64,000 bases of DNA from Eledone cirrhosa (Eukaryota): NCBI GenBank assembly GCA_964016885.1, contig OZ024741.1, positions 338,086,001 through 338,150,000 of the forward strand, given 5' to 3'. Shown piece after piece: positions 25,457 to 39,100 of this stretch. A program made the translations under genes and the position numbers. A model generated the notes under the pieces. That model did no database searches and was not told the DNA's origin. It was given only the letters and a program-made list of their open reading frames with translations. Each line of letters starts with the position of its first letter. Positions within the stretch are counted from its first letter, which is position 1.

Positions 25457-27916
25457 CTATATATGGGGCTTAAAGTTTTGGAAGGAATGTCTGAGGCGGT
25501 GCTGGCAAGTTGCAAACACCTCAGATTTTTTGTTAAGTAGGTTACGGTTGGAGAAGATAATATTGTGTGTCTCTAGTATACAGAGGTTACAGAATTTATT
25601 AGGTGGTTTGTACGAGGTCGCGCTGCCTATCACTTCCCATTTGAGTGTGTATGGTTTATTTTTAGATTTTAGATAGTGAATGTAGCTAGAAAGTGAGGTG
25701 GAGTTGGCTAGGCTGTGCTTTTTGAACGAGTGGATGTGCGAGTTATATCTAATTTTGAAGCAGTTAGAAGTGGAGCCTACATAGGTTTCTGAAGAGTTAT
25801 TAGTCGTGACTGTGCATGAGTATATGACATCCTTGGTTAGGCATTTTTTATCTAAAGGGCAGGTTCTATTAGCTCTACAGTTACAATTATTCTGTGCGTT
25901 AGTCCGCTGGTTATAATGCAATGCGGAAGTCTGTGTGGTGGGTATAGGATTTTGGGTGTTCAGGTTGACAACCCTGGTGTTATTACTTATACTAGTGTTA
26001 TTTCTATTGTTACTGCCGTTGCTATTGTTGCTTGCTACAGTGGTATTTAGAGGGTTTGCATCCCGTTGCGATTTTGTTTGTTGGAAGTAAGAACTAATTT
26101 TACTATTATTGCTGCTAGCTATGTGGTATGCTAAGTTAGGCGTCGTGGAGTATGAGATTTTAATGGTGTTTTTGTTTAAGAGGTTGTGGTACTTGTGTCC
26201 TAGAGGGAAGTTTTTATCTAGTAGTGAGAAGAAAGCCCTAGGTATGTTGGTGGAGACATTTAGGTTGAAAGGAGGGTTGAAAAATGTATTATTTCTTCTT
26301 CTATTTTTGCTTTTAGTGTTTGGTGTGTTGCTTCCTCCTAAGGCCTCACAGTAGTTTCCATGGTAATGGTTACTTCCGGTGGCACCCTCCGCTTTGGTGC
26401 ACTTGTGGTTGCTATTCCTATTATTAGATTTCCTCATGGACATGTTGTGCGAGATGATGTTGTAGCTATGTGTTTTCTTAGGTAGGAACTCAATTTCTAT
26501 ATTATGGCCGGAGCTAGCTAATGCTTGATTGTAATATTGTGAGTTTTTGCTAAATATGTTTGCGTCATAGGACAGACTAGAGATTCTATTGGACACCCCC
26601 TTAGAGATAGAGTTTAATATTGATCTAGGGTGATTAGACTTGGTATCTACGTAAATAAGTTTCTCATTAGGCTTATGGAAGGGTGTATATATTTTTGAGT
26701 CTAGGTATAGTGTGGCGTCTAGGAAGTTAACATTTTTAGTGTTTTTGTCCATGGTGATACTAAGGTTAAAGTTTTTGAATGTCTTATGCAGTTGTTTTCT
26801 AGTTCTTTCTATATTAAATTTTTTATATTCTATGAGTAGAAGTGCATCATCGCGGTACAAACCACCGTTGAGGTAAGGGAGGTCTTTATGGATTTCATTG
26901 AGGAGGTATAGGCCGACCAAATCAGTGACCTGCGCCGAGTCACTAGATCCCATGGTTATGTCGAAGTTGTTGTGCGTATCCTTGCGTGTCCATAGTTGGT
27001 CCTCGAAGGTGATTATGGTTTTACGGGCCGCAAGGATGACATCAACCTGGGCTCTAGTCAGGTCGCTATTGGTCATGGCCATGATAAGTGCCTTATTTAA
27101 TAGGATAGGGGAAATAGAGGTGTAGTATGAATTGATATCAAATTGAATAAATTTTTTGTTCTTATTATTCTTGATATCCTTAAACCATTCAATTACTTCA
27201 CCCGTATTTCCCCATTGTTTAAGGTGTATCTTGTGTTTAATTTGTGGGATGATTTTATCCAAAATCTTCTTGCTGATAATACCAATGTCGGACTTGGAAG
27301 GGCAGATAAGTCTTATCGTGGGGTTGCTGATGAAGTTCTCCTTATGGTCCTTCAGAGAGAATCTAGGGGGGTTCGGAGTGAAAGGTTGTGTATGCCTCTG
27401 TAGTCCTAGTTTAGGCACTATATTATAACCCTCTACATTAATATCTTCTAAGTTTTTCAAGGTGGTTTTTTTGTAGCTTTTATGTAGTTCATTATATATA
27501 AACTTTCTATAAGTAATATAATCTAGGCTGTATATGTTATTAGTTTTATCTGCGTGTACAATAATTTTATTACTAGTTTTGAATCCACTAATAGAAGTGT
27601 TAAGTTTGTTTAAGAAGGTGTTGCTTCTAATATGGTGCTTATTGTATTTAATGTTCTTAACTAGTTTAACTAGGTCATTTTCAAAGGAGTTAAGTAGAGT
27701 GTTATGAGGGGGGCTTTTAAAGGTTTTAAAGCCGAAGGAGTCAAAATTGTTAGTATTATTCAAGTTGTTAGATTTGTTTCTATCATAATGGAATGTCCTC
27801 CATCTCACTCTATTGATAAATGAATTTACACTGTTGATCAGCAATTTCTCATATGTATTCCTGGATGGTATTGGTATGTTCTTGGTTGACATGGGGAGTT
27901 GGTCTTTGATTAGCAT
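25457..27916 (-). CDS. PLE RT + GIY-YIG polyprotein, intact, 819 aa
   Basis: KNIPIPS..RVRW; ADKT; LKDHKENF..IRLICPSKS; QFDI..YY.SI; MGS.DSA; GGLYRDD; NFLD; SNHP; CNC..CPL..C; VIY..YVG; CNLC..E..LLNKKSE..CQH. Confidence 0.95.
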   Translation of the reverse strand: MLIKDQLPMSTKNIPIPSRNTYEKLLINSVNSFINRVRWRTFHYDRNKSNNLNNTNNFDSFGFKTFKSPPHNTLLNSFENDLVKLVKNIKYNKHHIRSNTFLNKLNTSISGFKTSNKIIVHADKTNNIYSLDYITYRKFIYNELHKSYKKTTLKNLEDINVEGYNIVPKLGLQRHTQPFTPNPPRFSLKDHKENFISNPTIRLICPSKSDIGIISKKILDKIIPQIKHKIHLKQWGNTGEVIEWFKDIKNNKNKKFIQFDINSYYTSISPILLNKALIMAMTNSDLTRAQVDVILAARKTIITFEDQLWTRKDTHNNFDITMGSSDSAQVTDLVGLYLLNEIHKDLPYLNGGLYRDDALLLIEYKKFNIERTRKQLHKTFKNFNLSITMDKNTKNVNFLDATLYLDSKIYTPFHKPNEKLIYVDTKSNHPRSILNSISKGVSNRISSLSYDANIFSKNSQYYNQALASSGHNIEIEFLPKKTHSYNIISHNMSMRKSNNRNSNHKCTKAEGATGSNHYHGNYCEALGGSNTPNTKSKNRRRNNTFFNPPFNLNVSTNIPRAFFSLLDKNFPLGHKYHNLLNKNTIKISYSTTPNLAYHIASSNNSKISSYFQQTKSQRDANPLNTTVASNNSNGSNNRNNTSISNNTRVVNLNTQNPIPTTQTSALHYNQRTNAQNNCNCRANRTCPLDKKCLTKDVIYSCTVTTNNSSETYVGSTSNCFKIRYNSHIHSFKKHSLANSTSLSSYIHYLKSKNKPYTLKWEVIGSATSYKPPNKFCNLCILETHNIIFSNRNLLNKKSEVFATCQHRLRHSFQNFKPHI

Positions 27917-28165
27917 ATTGGCAATATTATATGTCAGCTCAACGATATGGAGCAGTTAATAGTATTAGTTATACTATTTATGGTTATGTAAACACAAAAC
28001 CTTAAGCAGTTGTAAGTATTTTACACACACCCTAAATAGTGGTAGGCAGTAATGTATTACTACCTTATTACCAGTAAGTTAAGTAGCTCAATGTAAAAAC
28101 ATCAGATGATTTACAGAGCAGTTATATGAAATATAAGAATCAAAGAACTGTTCAAAACATTATTG

Positions 28166-28212
28166 TGCTTACAGCTGTTTCCTCCAAACCGAGGTTTGGA
28201 TTCTTCGGAGCA
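28166..28212 (-). ncRNA. HHR, U4C variant, 5' pLTR of PLE A
   Basis: Identical to 23967-24013. Confidence 0.75.
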
Positions 28213-29098
28213 ATTTATTAATGCATGGACAGTTATATGACCTCCTTTTCAGCCGAGAGACATACCAATACATATTCAAACATTGATACATATTCAAACA
28301 TTGTGGGTCAACATTCATTACAGAATTTAGAGTGGCAGTACACACTTCGAGATTACATTTATATTAATAGGTACAATCAAAAATCAAAGATATAGGTTAA
28401 AGTACAACATGAAGATAAGTGGTTATATAGTGCAAATGTTATATGTGTGGCACGCATGTGCGTCTTGTTTATATAGTGTGGCAGAGAGATATGTGTGGTA
28501 GAGGCACTTAGGTAGGTAAATAAGAGTGTTAGGTTGGTAGATCTGGTGGCAAAGTCTTTATATGGATTGTCGTGGATTATGTGAAAGGCATATAATCGAA
28601 ATATACACTCCCTTGACCATGAAAATACCGAAGTACATGAATTACTTGACATCCCTGCGCTGTGCATCTCCAATACTTATAACACTTTTAATGCTTGCAC
28701 TATCTTTAATGCTTATAATATTTCTCCACACACAGACTATATCAACCATATAAAGACTTTGCCACCAGATCTACCAACCTAACACTCTTATTTACCTACC
28801 TAAGTGCCTCTACCACACATATCTCTCTGCCACACTATATAAACAAGACGCACATGCGTGCCACACATATAACATTTGCACTATATAACCACTTATCTTC
28901 ATGTTGTACTTTAACCTATATCTTTGATTTTTGATTGTACCTATTAATATAAATGTAATCTCGAAGTGTGTACTGCCACTCTAAATTCTGTAATGAATGT
29001 TGACCCACAATGTTTGAATATGTATCAATGTTTGAATATGTATTGGTATGTCTCTCGGCTGAAAAGGAGGTCATATAACTGTCCATGCATTAATAAAT

Positions 29099-29145
29099 TG
29101 CTCCGAAGAATCCAAACCTCGGTTTGGAGGAAACAGCTGTAAGCA
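29099..29145 (+). ncRNA. HHR, U4C variant, inverted pLTR of PLE A
   Basis: Identical motif on the plus strand. Confidence 0.75.
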
Positions 29146-29232
29146 CAATAATGTTTTGAACAGTTCTTTGATTCTTATATTTCATATACATATATATATA
29201 TATATATTATATTATATTATATTATATTATAT

Positions 29233-29271
<39 letters not shown>

Positions 29272-29405
29272 AATAGGTTGACGAGACTAGCATGGGTTTC
29301 ACTGCTAGTACCGGTTGCATCTCAGCGTATTCAATAAGTAACTCCCAGAGTAGACACATAGTTATTCGCTTTAAAACAACACACGTAAATGGGTATCTTC
29401 AATCC

Positions 29406-29508
29406 AAACCCGTACTCGAGTTTCGGCCCCACTTAATACAGCAATCTACTGTCTACACTTATTATGCAACAAGGCACAATCGGTGCTTGTGGCTTCATCA
29501 GCGGGTTT
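29406..29508 (-). ncRNA. Type I HHR with about 70-nt stem II domain
   Basis: AAACCCG-CTGATGA-AGCCAC..GTGGGGCC-GAAA-CTCGAG-TA-CGGGTTT; perfect 7-bp stem I, palindromic stem III. Confidence 0.75.
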
Positions 29509-29796
29509 CGCCTAATCAATAATCAATCGAGCGATAGAATTCGATTCCAGTCCGTGTCGGCTATGACTGAATGTGACGGCCAAAACAGTAAAACATTAGC
29601 AAATGAAATCCCTACGCGTCATCACAATGCCGTCAGTCACCTGGCCATTAACTAAGAAATTTACGTGACGGCTGGAGACGAAAATTCAAATAGTTCCGCT
29701 CCTGCGTTAAGCTCTCAGCCAACGTGTCTCAAACACAAATTAACAAGCGAGTAAAAAACGGTTATTAAAATACCAGTCTCCTATCGCTGTACAGTA

Positions 29797-29870
<74 letters not shown>

Positions 29871-32657
29871 ATACTTTGGGAGGGTAATAGAATGGTTCAA
29901 AATACTGCATGAGAAAAGTAGGACCAGCTTTATACAACTGGACATCGCAAGCTACTACTCCTCAATCTCACACATAGTACTTAATAAGGCCCTATTTTTA
30001 GCGATGTCCAATACGGACCTAACCCAAGAGGAGGTGAGCATCATCCACGCTGCAAGAAAGACCTTAATCCGCTTCGATGGAGACCTTTGGACCAGGAGTG
30101 ATTGGCCAAATAACTTTGACATCACGATGGGCTCCAGCGACTCAGCGCAGGTAACGGACCTGGTTGGGCTCTACCTGCTGAAGCAGATAAAAGATGAAAT
30201 CCCCTGCCTGGGCGGCGGATTATATCGTGACGATGCTCTATTCACAGTACACGACCACAGCACCAATATGTTGGAGGGTATGAGGAGGCGTATTCGCCAT
30301 TTCTTTAAGAACCAGGGGCTCAGCATAGAAATAGACCCAAATAGGAAGGTAGTTAACTTCCTAGACACCACCCTAAACCTGAACACCGAGCAATACTACC
30401 CCTACCACAAGCCCAACGAGAAACTAGTATATGTTAACGCCAAATCAAACGACCCTAGATCCATAACCAAGGCAGTGGTGAAGAGTGTCTCGGACAGGAT
30501 CTCCAGCCTGTCCGCAAGTAAGGAAATATTCAACAACCACGCGGAATATTACAACGCAGCTCTAAAGAAGGCGGCACATGGACAAAATATAACATATAGT
30601 CCGAAAAGCCGGGAGGTGGATAGCCCAACAGACACCCACAACCGCGTTGCCAGAGGGCGGAGGGCGAACCCTAACAATACAGGCAGAGCAGAATCAAATA
30701 GGCACCATGTACCAGACACCACCACACGGGCGGTGGGGACTAGTGCGCTTGACCACGAGATGGAGCACAATATGAGTAGCAGTCTCAGGCGTGATGCTAA
30801 CTACCCCAGGACTGACAACCCCAACCGCAGGACACGTGGGGGGGGGGGGGAACGGGCGACCACCCCACGATGGATCTCCCGGGTCGGACAACAACCACCC
30901 CACAAATCCGGGCTGCGAAGATAACAAAAAGTATAGAGCCCAAAAGGGAAGCAACAGTGCGGAAACCACCAGCAAACCAACAAATCTCCAACAAATCACG
31001 AAGCCCCCAACCCACACATATAGGAGGAGACACCGACAAATCACGTGGTACAACCAACCCTACTCAGCGGCCCTAAAGAAAAGCTTGGCCCGATTATTCT
31101 TTGGAGCACTTGACAAATGCTTCCCGAGGGACCACAGATACCACAGGATCTTCAACAGACACACTGTGAAGCTTTCGTATTCCACCACGAGAAATTTGGC
31201 CCAACACATAGCTAGCATCAACAGAAGTAGGCTTAAAAACCACACACAACCAGAAGATGGCAAAACAAACACTCGGCAGAACCATGTGAAAGGAGGGAAG
31301 AGGGGACCCAGAGCCCACCCAAGAAACACAAACAGACCCAAGGACCCCCCACCGAGCATGGGGGAAGACCAACATGTAACACATAATGAGAACCCTAATC
31401 TAGGCACGCAGAGGCCGACCACCCTCTGCAACTGTAGAAACCCCGAATCATGCCCCCTTGGTAAAGAATGTCTCAAGAAGAACATAGTGTACGGTTGTAG
31501 GGTTAAAACCCCCAACTCCGAACACCTCTACATAGGAGCCACATCAACGAGCTTTAAGGACCGCTGGTACAACCATCGCCATTCATTCAAGAGGAGGCCA
31601 AAAGGAAAAGCACAGCTCTCTCCGACCTCATCTGGAAGCTTAAGCTGGACAGGACCCCATACTCTCTAGCCTGGTACATAATCAGGAAAGTACCACCCGA
31701 TAAAGGGGGATCTTGCATATGCAAACTATGCCTGAACGAGACCCTCGAGATACTAAGAGGTGGAAGCGGCCTGATAAACCTCAGAACCGACTTCTTCGGG
31801 ACATGCAGACACCTTAGAGCCGGGACCTTTCTCAAAATATATGGACAGTAGCAACACAAGAAGATGTGAACTCCCCTCAAGCTATAGGGACTTCTACAGA
31901 ACATGAAAACACCTCTCGGCCAGACCTCCCTCAAGCTATATGGGCAATAACAACACCCTAGGTTGTGAACTCCCCTAAAGCCATAGGGAACAACCCAGGC
32001 GGAGCAGACACCATGATAGCCTAGAGATAGAATCGGACACAGCCATAATAATTTGGCCAACATCTATAACACAAACACTTTTAATTTACCAGATTTCTGA
32101 CTTTCAAGTTCCAATCTTAAATCTTGATTTCTCTTCATTAATTTGTTATTTGTTTTCTGCCCTCTTCACTGTATCACCTTATATTTATTTTAAGTTGAGA
32201 TAGATTATAACACAAACACATTGAATATCTCATCTTAACATCTTGTATCATACCAATCTATCCAACATATTCTGACCTTGAGATTAGTTATAGCACACAC
32301 ACACACACTTTATCCTACATTATTTCTCACTTCTCCATATACATTATCATTACTTTTTCACCAATCTCTCATTTACTCTTTATTCTTTATTCTCTATTTA
32401 TTTATTTATTTTCAAATTACACAAATTATATTAATTATTTTATTTTATTATATTATTTATTTATTTTCTGTTTTCTTCATTTATTGCCTTATATTTCTTC
32501 ATATACATGAAAGAACCCCCCACCCCACCCACCACCACCACCACCACTACGATGGTGGCGGGAGGGATGAAGAGAAAACACAAACTGGATACTTCTAAAT
32601 TGTTAGCAGCAGCAAGATATAAGCTGACCACTACAACAACAACAGTACCAAAATAAT

Positions 32658-32843
32658 TGTTTCTACGTTAGGCACAAGGCCGGCAATTACCCAGTGTATT
32701 ACTGGTACTTTATTTTATCGACCCAGTAAGGATGAAAGGCAAAGTTAACCTCGGCGGGATTTGAACTCAGAATGGCAAGGGCCGTAACTCTATGCGTCAA
32801 AGCATGGCATCCGACCCTCTACCAATACTGCCAATCCACCGTC
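32658..32843 (-). mobile_element. Full-length SINE with an 18-bp target site duplication
   Basis: CAACAGTACCAAAATAAT at 32640-32657 and 32844-32861. Confidence 0.9.
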
Positions 32844-33258
32844 CAACAGTACCAAAATAATGGTGGAGGTCAAATGTACTGAACAATAGCAGGCAAAAAC
32901 ACAACAGGGAGCCTCACCCCAGAAAGAATTCTATAGACTTCTGACTGAGGAATGCTCTCAGAACTGAACAATGGGAAGTTTGACACTTTTTTTGTTATTT
33001 TGTTCCTTTAACACCTTGTCCCTTCTACCATTTTATCAATGTTTAAGCTAACTCCAACAATAACAACACTTAGAATGAGGAATGTTCTAATAACTGACCG
33101 ATGAGAGGAGAAAAGGACCTGTGACACGAAAATTCGTTTGTTTGAATTCATATGACTCCAGCTCCCCAGTGAATTAACAACCCAACAAGGAACTGGGCAT
33201 ATCAGAGTATTGACAATATCAAACAACATATGTACTTGTCTATACCATACTAATTCAA

Positions 33259-33313
33259 ACTGCCTGAAGAGGTCACAGCCAAAGATGGCTGTCACTGAAA
33301 TATATATAGCAGT
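33259..33313 (+). ncRNA. Minimal type I HHR (C.C stem II group), intact core
   Basis: ACTGC-CTGAAGA-GGT C ACAGCCA aaga TGGCTGT C ACT-GAAA-TATATA-TA-GCAGT. Confidence 0.85.
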
Positions 33314-33459
33314 AATAAACGAAGCTAAATTTTAATCATTTGACTTTTATTTAACTTTATTTTACACTACTCCGGAGTAACCAAACCAACCTGCGCACTT
33401 TGTCGAGTGCTCCAGCCTGCATACTGAGGTGTTGGTATACAACCAACATAAACTCAAAA

Positions 33460-33493
<34 letters not shown>

Positions 33494-33590
33494 AAATATG
33501 TAGTTTAGAAAGCCACAACAATGCAGATGTGGCTTTCTAAACTACATATTTTACATATTTCACAATGCTTCAAGCAAACTTTAACACCCT

Positions 33591-33623
<33 letters not shown>

Positions 33624-33629
<6 letters not shown>

Positions 33630-33850
33630 TGAGAGAGTAAACAAAAACCCAAAATCAACGTGGGCGAAGAGGTAGTACAAAATGTTAATATTAGTTTCAG
33701 GCTTGAGAGTGGGGGGGGGGGGGGCGTTTCGGGCATAAGCTCTTCATCGGGAGAAAAGTGGGCAAGAAAAGAGTTCCGGGGGTTTGAGGATGAGTGGTGG
33801 AAAGACATTAAAAAGGGTGGGGGAGAAAAGGAAGGGGGGAAAAATAGGCT
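33624..33850 (-). mobile_element. pLTR remnant of the Neptune-like family with an HHR relic
   Basis: Matches 49450-49610; CCGATGA-A-GAGC ttat GCCC-GAAACG. Confidence 0.7.
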
Positions 33851-34182
33851 GATGTAAAGTTATATGTTTATATGTTTTTGTAAAGGTTAACATGATTCAT
33901 CAACAATATTATTGTTTCAGTTACATCTGATCTCGGACAAGACACTTGCCAAACAGGTAAAATACGGCTATAATATTCATTTATTAGTATGTTAATAATT
34001 AGCACATTTATGGAAATAAACATAATACCAAGAAATGGGTTGCAATTATATGCACACACACACATATACACACACACATATATATAATGTGTATATATGT
34101 ATGTGTGTGTGTGTGTGTGCGTGTGAGTGTGTGTGTGTATCTGTGTGTGTGTGTATGTGTCTGTGTGTGTGTATATATTGAA

Positions 34183-34237
<55 letters not shown>

Positions 34238-34244
34238 GTATATA

Positions 34245-34395
<151 letters not shown>

Positions 34396-34491
34396 AGAAA
34401 TGTTAGCTATCGCCGTATATTGGCTAAAGAAATTAAAGAAATTATTTAGTCTGATAGTGGGGTTAAGAACCCTCGGAGAAATGAAAAAAGA

Positions 34492-34566
<75 letters not shown>

Positions 34567-34606
34567 AAAGGACACAAGAGCGTCTACAACATCAAAAGAT
34601 TTTTAT

Positions 34607-34655
34607 TGGCTTACAATGTTTCTTCCTTACGTAACCGAAGGATTCGTCAGAGCTA
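34607..34655 (-). ncRNA. Minimal type I HHR
   Basis: TAGCT-CTGACGA-A TCCTT..AAGGA A-GAAA-CATTG-TA-AGCCA. Confidence 0.65.
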
Positions 34656-35566
34656 TAAAAGGGGTTTGATTGGTGTTATGGACTCTACCAACCAAACATT
34701 CAAGAACAAAGAGTAAAGAGAGTAAAGAGCAAAAGTAGGGGACGATAAGTCTAATTTTGGTGCGGGAGGGTGGGGAGTGGGTCCTTGTTTACTAGCTGCG
34801 ATCATATTCATTCCCGGGAGTCGAGTGGTTAGCTGAACCATAGATGGGGTGGCGTCGATAGTAGGGTGCAGAGGGTGTGCAGAGGCTACACAAACACAAA
34901 GGGCATACAATATATATATATATGACGGAGGAGAAAGTACATGAGGTAATTAGAAATGGAAAAAGAGTAATAATAATAATCTATAATTAATAATGTATAA
35001 TAAGGCATGGGGAAGATTACACTATAATAAGGTATAAAAGTAAGAATAAAGTAAAATATAAAGGGGGATAAAGGTGAAAATAAGAATAAAGATAGAAAAT
35101 ATATATATAAAAAAAATATATAGAGAATATATAAAGAAATATAAGCAAGTATTTGAAGGGGAAAACACAATGTAAAAAAACCGATTTTTTCAAATAAAAA
35201 TATTATAATTATGGGGGGAGAAAACGGGATAGAGAAATATGATCAAATGTGATTAGTTGAGAGAATATAAGATGGTAATAGTTATGTCAAGTTTATACAT
35301 CTTAATAATAAATAATCTGTATATCAGAGTTACAGAACCTTCAATTCACTTACAGGTTCAAGCCACGTGGCATAGTCCATTGTTTATCTGTGCGGTCATG
35401 TGCGTTTGTTTTTGACACCACAGCAGATGCACAAGTTCGTAAATTCCAATGCAGATAGAATTCTATTTTTGCTCACCCAGACATTGACGGAGGATCCAAT
35501 ATTCCTAGTTCAATATGTGTGTGGTGTTATTTTGGTCGCACAAATCAAACACTTGGTTCAATATTT

Positions 35567-35618
<52 letters not shown>

Positions 35619-35786
35619 ATACTTTGGGAGGGTCATGTTGCCAATAAGAAACACACGCACCAGTTGCTTTCACTTCAATTTATTATATATTTATAAATTT
35701 ATAAATTTATAAATTTACAAATCTACAAACTTATAAATTTCTGGTTGGTTGGTTGGTTCCACAACCAGATAGTTGTTTATATATAT

Positions 35787-35831
35787 AGTCATAGTCCTTT
35801 CGTCACACACTCTGTGACCTCTTCAGTGACT
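35787..35831 (-). ncRNA. Minimal HHR of the PLE C pLTR
   Basis: AGTCA-CTGAAGA-G GTCACA gagtg TGTGAC-GAAA-GGAC-TA-TGACT. Confidence 0.8.
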
Positions 35832-36121
35832 GGGGATTCCTTTCTTCTCTTCGTTTCTGTGCCTTTTCTTTCTTCTATCCTACGCCATTTTGTTTCTGTG
35901 TGTGTGTTGTGTGCTCAGTTTGCGCATGTGCCACATCCGGGTGTCTGTGTGTGTTTGTGTTCATTTTTCTATTTGTTTATTTATTTATTTATTTATTGTT
36001 GGTTGGTTGTTTGTTCTATGTGTGTGTGTGTTTTCATTTTCTCCTGTGTGTGTTTTCATTTTGTGTGTGTTTTCAATTGTAAGTTGTTTGTTCTATGTGT
36101 GTGTGTGTTTTCATTTTGTCC

Positions 36122-39100
36122 TTAATTGTAAGTTGTGATGTTGCTGTTCCACTCGTATTTTCTATTTAATTTTGGTTTTAATTCTTTTATGCTTACTGCC
36201 TCTGTAATTTGCCTAAACATTGCGTCTTTTCTGTGCGTGGATTCTATTTTTATTTCTATGCTCTCTAATCTACCCCTGTGTTCTATCTTAGCATGTTGGT
36301 AGAGCACAGATGATTCTTTATTATCTTGGAGGTCTCGCCAGTGTTCATTTATTCGTTCCCCTATACTACGAGCTGTCTCACCTATGTACACTATATTTTT
36401 GTTTCTACATTGTCCTTCAGTACATCTTATGCTATACACTACATTTCTAGTTTTACAGTTAATATGGGGGCTTATTTTACAGGTTATACATTTCTTATCT
36501 ATACATGAGGGTCTTTGGAACGGGTATGTCTTGCTAATAAGTGTTTTTACGGAGGTACCAGGTCTTTCTACTATCTTAATATTGAGATTATGTTTATTTA
36601 GGGCCCTTCTAAATTTGTAGGCTAGTTCGCCTCTAGGGGTTGTATTGATGAACATTACACTCTGGTATTTATTGCTATCATACCATGAGTTTATTCTATT
36701 GGCCTTGTTCCTAGTTCTTTCTATTCTATTCCAAAATTTGCTCCTATACAAGGGGCAGGTCCCATTTATGTCATTATTTACCATTTTTTCCCATTTGGTT
36801 CTGGCTCCTTTATACACTCTGATTCTATATCTCTGATTGTAGCCAGAGAACTGCATACGGTGGATGAAGTGTTGTATGTGTCTCTCTAGTTCTTCGGGGT
36901 TGCACATGCGGGACACATTTCTCATCACCCGTACCAAATCCGCAATCAGTATGTTGATTTTGGTATGGTCCGAAATGGCCGAGTTTCGGTGGATCAGATG
37001 TTTGGAAGTCATGGGTTTGGCATAATGGGAATGGAGGATTTGTTTTTGGTTGTTAATGGTATCTAACCAGAGCTCTGTGTCTAGTACAGGTAATCGATGG
37101 TTGGGGTGTCTACTTGGGTAGTCTATAGTAACTCTAATGCTCTGGTGGATGGAGTTTGCTATTTGCTGGATGCTTTCCATTGTGTTTTTCTCTAGTTCCT
37201 GACTGTTCTTTAGTGGGGGTGTCTTAACTACGATGTTTATATCATCTACGTAGCGGGAGTACATTATCAGGGTTAAGCTGTCTTCTAATTGTTCATTAAG
37301 TTTTTGTTTAAGTCTACTGTCCCACCATACCATGAATAAGTTAGCTATGTCGCCTGCAATGCTAACACCAATGGCTGCTCCTTCCTCTTGGGCATATGTT
37401 TTACCATTAAATTTGAACATATGTTCCTTAAGGGTTAATTTTATGCTGGCCCCCTACCGCATGTGCAATCATTTTCTTCAGTTCATCGTGGTTTTCGGGT
37501 GTCCGTATGGCTCTGGTCCACCCGTTCCATCTATCTGTGTGGGTTTTCTTGGCCATTGAGGTAATGGTAGGTGGTCTGCCTCTTGCTGGTCTTGTAGGGC
37601 ACAGGTTGCTAAGGTCATAAGTGTCTAGGTAACTATTACTATGGGTAAGCTTAAGTAGAAGTCCCAGCTCACTGGTATCAATCCCACGGAACTCAACCTT
37701 GCTCTCGCTGATCATTTCTACGCATTTCTCCACAGCAAAATCCACGTCAATAGATGGATACAGGGACACAACATCCATACTGCCTATTATGCAGTTTGTT
37801 AGGTCCCCAGATCGGTTACCCGCGCCGATTCTGCTGAGGAGGTCCTCCGTGCTGTCACACACATCTGGGGACATCTCAATGATGGGGCGTATGATCAGGG
37901 AGAGGAAGTAGGACAGTCTGTAGTTACTAGCAATGTTAGCCCCACAGACCGGTCGTGTTGGTGGTCCCGTGACAGGGTCCCAGCCCGTTTTATGGTCTTT
38001 TCGAAGCCCATACAACGCCGGCACGTCATTGTTCCAGGCCTGGAAGTTGTTGGCAGTCCTTTTGTTGGGCTGCATTATATTCGTCCACATCACCATATGG
38101 GCATTGAGGGCTTTTTCTCTATCCTCATGCTCCTGTGGTGTTACCTCTCTTGTGTTAGTGATGTGGGGTTGCATTGCCTGGATGTAGTTTAGCAGGCTGT
38201 CAACCGACATTCTGCCAGACTTGTCTGTTGGAAAACATGCTATCTCTCCATTACGCGAGCGCTGCATGAGCTTACGCAAGCCATTTGCAGATTCTTCTCC
38301 CAGTTGCTGGGCCTCTATTCTATTATGCTTCTTGCTATACTGTTCTATAATATTTCTAAGTTCGGATTTAGCTATACTAAATTGTGCTTCTGTTTGTTCA
38401 TCGACCTGCGACGGCAACTGCGTGCGTTTGTTAAATGGCAAAGTCGTGGCGTGGACTCGTCGTAGGTCGAATGATTTATCGGAGGGGTTATAAAACGGAG
38501 AGTTCCAGGCTGCTGCTTTATGTGTACTAGTGCTATTATTATTGTTAGTTGTGTTATTTCTATTTCTATTTCCACCAGCAGCCTCAGCTTCATGGTTGTT
38601 TCTATGTCTCTCATAATTACTCCTGTCTCTTTCCACTGGCTCAATGTTGTTATCTACCCTATTTTGTGTGTCTGTGTGTTCGTCTTGGTTATTCTCTTTG
38701 TCCTTAGTCTCCCATCTCCTATTCTTTTTAATCCTATTACTTTCTCTTATTCCTCTGATTTCTGTGCTACTGTCATTACTTGTTTTCTGTGTCTGTGTGT
38801 TTGTTAAGATTGTGGTGGTGGTGAGAGGCATTGAATGCGTGTGTGTTGTTGTTGTTGATGTGTGTTGTTGTTGATGTGTTTTGTTGTTGTCTCCGTGTGT
38901 GTGTGTGTTATCGTTGTTGTGTGTGTTGTTATTGTTGTTTGTGTCTGCGTGTCTGTTGTTGTTGTATCTGAGTATGTTGCTATTGTTGTTGATGTGTGTG
39001 TTGTTGTTATTGTTGTCTCCGTGTGTGTTATCGTTGCTGTGTGTGTTGTTATTGTTGTTTGTGTCTGCGTGTCTGTTGTTGTATCTGGGTATGTTGCTAT

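Larger units (their letters stand above)
23761..29188 (-). mobile_element. Naiad-like PLE 'A' with direct pLTRs and an inverted upstream pLTR
   Basis: 23761-24365 repeats at 27960-28565; 28563-29188 is the reverse complement of 24549-23925; (TA)n at both ends. Confidence 0.93.
29884..33460 (+). mobile_element. Naiad-like PLE 'B', 5'-truncated and frameshifted, with probable 3' pLTR
   Basis: VIEWF..QLDI..FDITMGSSDSAQVTDLVGLYLL..GGGLYRDD; frameshift near the poly-G at about 30840; CNCRNPESCPL..IVY..YIGAT; HHR at 33259. The right boundary is inferred. Confidence 0.85.
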
